From Rhizobiaceae bacterium (GTDB lineage: Bacteria; Pseudomonadota; Alphaproteobacteria; Rhizobiales; Rhizobiaceae): DNA of 64,000 nucleotides. The stretch spans positions 2,616 through 66,615 of the forward strand of contig JAHDFS010000003.1 of the NCBI GenBank assembly GCA_020628035.1, read 5' to 3'. The notes beneath the pieces were generated by a model. The model was not told the origin of the DNA. It was given only the letters and a program-made list of their open reading frames with translations, and made no database searches. Below are positions 61,626 through 64,000 of this stretch, piece by piece. How positions within the stretch are numbered: position 1 is the stretch's first letter; each line of letters starts with the position of its first letter. The translations under genes were made by a program, and so were the position numbers.

Positions 61626-63188
61626 ATGTTGTATCGGGGAGCGTATCTTTTAAAATCGTTCTCGCATCAGTTGTTGGATGCGAGGGTTTTTTGCGCTTTA
61701 TTGCTCTTGATCCCAACCCATTCCTTCGCGCGTGATGCGTTGTTTGCAGGGCTTAATCTGCGCGGGTCCAGTGAGGTCAATATTGTTGTTAAAGGGCCAG
61801 ATGTTGCAGAGCCAGCGGTTGATATCTCATTAGACGAAAAAATCTTGCCACCTTCAAAGGAAACCGTTGGTGCAATTCCGATGACGGTGAACCGGAAGGC
61901 CAAAACGAGACGATACATTTCGTCCAAAAAAACCAATAGATATGTGCCAAAACCGGAGCCTGAATTGGTCGCACAAGCAAGTTCAAGTGAACTGCGCGGC
62001 GTGCTCAAAGAAGCAGTTTCAAACAGTGATGGCGTTAAAATCGCCGTGAAACAAGTTCATATTTCCGACACGAAAATCTGGTCTGAAATTGCGAAATTCG
62101 TACCGACATTAAGTATGACATATGACAGGTCGCGATCAAGTGATGGGTTCGGTAATTTATCATCTGCCGAAACCAGTTCTGAACTAAGTTTTGCGCTGAA
62201 CCTGCCGATTTACTCTGGCGGTTCGAGGATCTATTCACTTCGCGCCGCGCGCCGCAACAGGCTGGCTGCCAAAAATGACGCGATTTCAGCACAAAACAGA
62301 GTGCTGCAAGATGTCTTGTCTGCATATTTGCAATATCACCAAACAGACGAAACAGTGAAACTGCTTGGTCAAAATGTTTCAAGTTTGAAAAAACTATTGG
62401 CGGCTGTCAGAGATCGTAAGAAACATGGCGTCGCAAGTCAGGCGGATGTTGCTTATGTCCAAGCCAATTTGGCCAGCATGCGTCAGCAATATGAAGCTTC
62501 CAGGGGATCGAAATCCCAACTTCAAGCGCAGATTGCCAGCCTCACAGGACGTCCGTTCAAAAATATTCCGAAGTTAATGCGCGTTACGAAACTCGTTTCA
62601 GATGACGAGGAGCATTTCGTTCAACAAGCATTGGTCTCAAATCCTGAGATTAAGGCTGCGCAACACCGTGCCGTGTCGCAGCGCCACACAAGCCGAGCTG
62701 CTTATGGCCAATATCTGCCGCAAGTTAATGCTTATGCGCAATATGACCGTGCGCTTAATTCTTACACACAATCGCAGCAAAGCACCGATTGGAAGGTTGG
62801 CGTTAAGCTGACCATGCCTTTAGTCGATCTCAGCACAGTCACAAGCATTGCTGAAAGTCGTCAGCGCGCCCAGCTTGCATCTTATCAAGCATCCGACACA
62901 ACACGTAATATCACCTTGTCTATTCGCACGCTTTATCGTCAATATGCTGCCGGTCAGAAGCAAATTAATTTGGCACAAGCGCGCGTCAAATATATGAAGC
63001 AGATCGAAGTTGCAGAGCGCGAGCGTTATAATCAAGGCGTTGGATCACTTGATCAATTGCTTGAGCAAAAACGTGCCTTGGCACAATCCAAGATCGATGC
63101 GATCAGCGTTAAGACAGATGCCTATTGGACAGCATATCAACTGCTCATTGCAGCCAATAAATTTGATTTGGACGAGCTCGGCCTCTAA
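61626..63188 (+). CDS. TolC-family outer membrane protein with N-terminal extension
   Basis: Two OEP repeats (FVPTLSM...LNLPIYSGG; ALVSNPEI...YLPQVN...VGVKLTMPL...G.GSLDQLL). Signal peptide. Start uncertain. Confidence 0.82.
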   Translation: MLYRGAYLLKSFSHQLLDARVFCALLLLIPTHSFARDALFAGLNLRGSSEVNIVVKGPDVAEPAVDISLDEKILPPSKETVGAIPMTVNRKAKTRRYISSKKTNRYVPKPEPELVAQASSSELRGVLKEAVSNSDGVKIAVKQVHISDTKIWSEIAKFVPTLSMTYDRSRSSDGFGNLSSAETSSELSFALNLPIYSGGSRIYSLRAARRNRLAAKNDAISAQNRVLQDVLSAYLQYHQTDETVKLLGQNVSSLKKLLAAVRDRKKHGVASQADVAYVQANLASMRQQYEASRGSKSQLQAQIASLTGRPFKNIPKLMRVTKLVSDDEEHFVQQALVSNPEIKAAQHRAVSQRHTSRAAYGQYLPQVNAYAQYDRALNSYTQSQQSTDWKVGVKLTMPLVDLSTVTSIAESRQRAQLASYQASDTTRNITLSIRTLYRQYAAGQKQINLAQARVKYMKQIEVAERERYNQGVGSLDQLLEQKRALAQSKIDAISVKTDAYWTAYQLLIAANKFDLDELGL

Positions 63189-63868
63189 TTCCCAATAAGT
63201 TGAAATACATCTTCGAGTGTCGAGCCGATGACGGTGGGCGACACGTGTAATTCTTCAAGCGGCATTCCGGCGCGATTAACCCACAAAGTTTGATAACCAA
63301 ACCAGGTTGCCCCACATGCATCCCAGCCGTTGGACGAGACAAATAATATTTCACTCACATCAACATTAAACGTATCTGGACCCAATTGATAAACTTCTGG
63401 CACGGTTTTGAACTTTCTGATCGCCTCAACCGTCAAGATATGGTCGAAATACCCTTGCATCTGCGCACTATCAATTGCGCTATCAATCATTTGGCGGGTG
63501 CCGTTGGATAAGATCCCAAGCCCTAACCCTTTGGTTTTAAGCTTTTTCAAAACCTCAAGATTCTCGCTAAATGCTGCCAAATGCGCATATTGCTGCATTA
63601 ATTTATCAAATTTCTCGTCGGTTAGATCGAGTTTTAACGCTGCGCAGGAAAAGCGAAGCGCGTCTTTAGTGATCTCCCAAAAGTCGATATATTGATTACA
63701 CAAGGTGCGAATACGCGTGTAATCAATTTGTCTGTCACGCCAAAGATTAGCTAAGGCTTTACCGTGACCGGGAAAGAGTTCTTCCGCCAAAGCTCCTACA
63801 GAATAGACATCAAATAGGGTGCCATAAGCGTCAAAAATGACGGCTTTGATTTCAGCATTTGTCTTCAT
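63185..63868 (-). CDS. L-2-haloacid dehalogenase (HAD type II)
   Basis: VIFDAYGTLFDV, WRDRQIDY, ILSNG, KFKTVPEVY, FVSSNGWDACGA, WVNR. Probable start ATG 63868. Confidence 0.88.
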   Translation of the reverse strand: MKTNAEIKAVIFDAYGTLFDVYSVGALAEELFPGHGKALANLWRDRQIDYTRIRTLCNQYIDFWEITKDALRFSCAALKLDLTDEKFDKLMQQYAHLAAFSENLEVLKKLKTKGLGLGILSNGTRQMIDSAIDSAQMQGYFDHILTVEAIRKFKTVPEVYQLGPDTFNVDVSEILFVSSNGWDACGATWFGYQTLWVNRAGMPLEELHVSPTVIGSTLEDVFQLIGN

Positions 63869-64000
63869 TGTCTTATCCCATAACTTGTTTGATTGCATTT
63901 TCACCGAAATATGGTGTCCTCTTAAGATAGGATAAAGAAAAAATATCATGAGAGAAAGAGTTCTGTTGACCAAATGGATAAACTAGTGATAGGAATTTGC

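Noticed and set aside
1-64000. tRNA, rRNA, IS elements, integrons, toxin-antitoxin or defence islands
   Set aside because: None recognised by eye. Intergenic regions are short and explained by promoters or terminators. A tRNAscan/Infernal/ISEScan run would be needed to exclude small elements definitively.

Overview
Chromosomal core-genome window of a moderate-GC alphaproteobacterium, most likely Hyphomicrobiales/Rhizobiales. This assignment is inferred from gcrA, podJ, a SAM-II/SAM-alpha riboswitch, the two-domain dcd and the hslO-argF-argD neighbourhood. I found no rRNA, tRNA, IS element, prophage or CRISPR array. About 51 CDSs fall into these blocks. (1) 1-10.1 kb: an acetate/short-chain acyl-CoA locus with a CrbS-like SLC5-fused sensor (truncated by the window edge and missed by the ORF track), a small membrane protein, a stand-alone receiver, a ScfR/RamB-type regulator, a HAAT-family ABC transporter with a Tat-exported binding protein, and acs. 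(2) 10.1-18.8 kb: a xylose-type sugar locus. A ROK repressor heads a tightly coupled operon with a secreted di-haem c protein, a secreted FG-GAP/ASPIC-UnbV (CRTAC1-like) beta-propeller and a xylose-dehydrogenase-like SDR, divergent from xylF-xylH-xylG, with two 21-bp operator-like palindromes between them. This is the best candidate for an uncharacterised system. (3) 18.9-46 kb: housekeeping genes (dimethylglycine dehydrogenase-like, dat, pyrC, pgi, fadD, ppk2, dcd, SAM riboswitch-metZ, apaG, trkH, ade, an RND pump with an extra transmembrane insertion, hslO, argF, argD). (4) 46-64 kb: cell-cycle, envelope and DNA-repair genes (gcrA, GT2, XRE-S24 repressor, podJ, pdeM-Lhr helicase, MATE, a TolC-family protein, L-2-haloacid dehalogenase). 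All calls come from motif recognition by eye; no searches were run.
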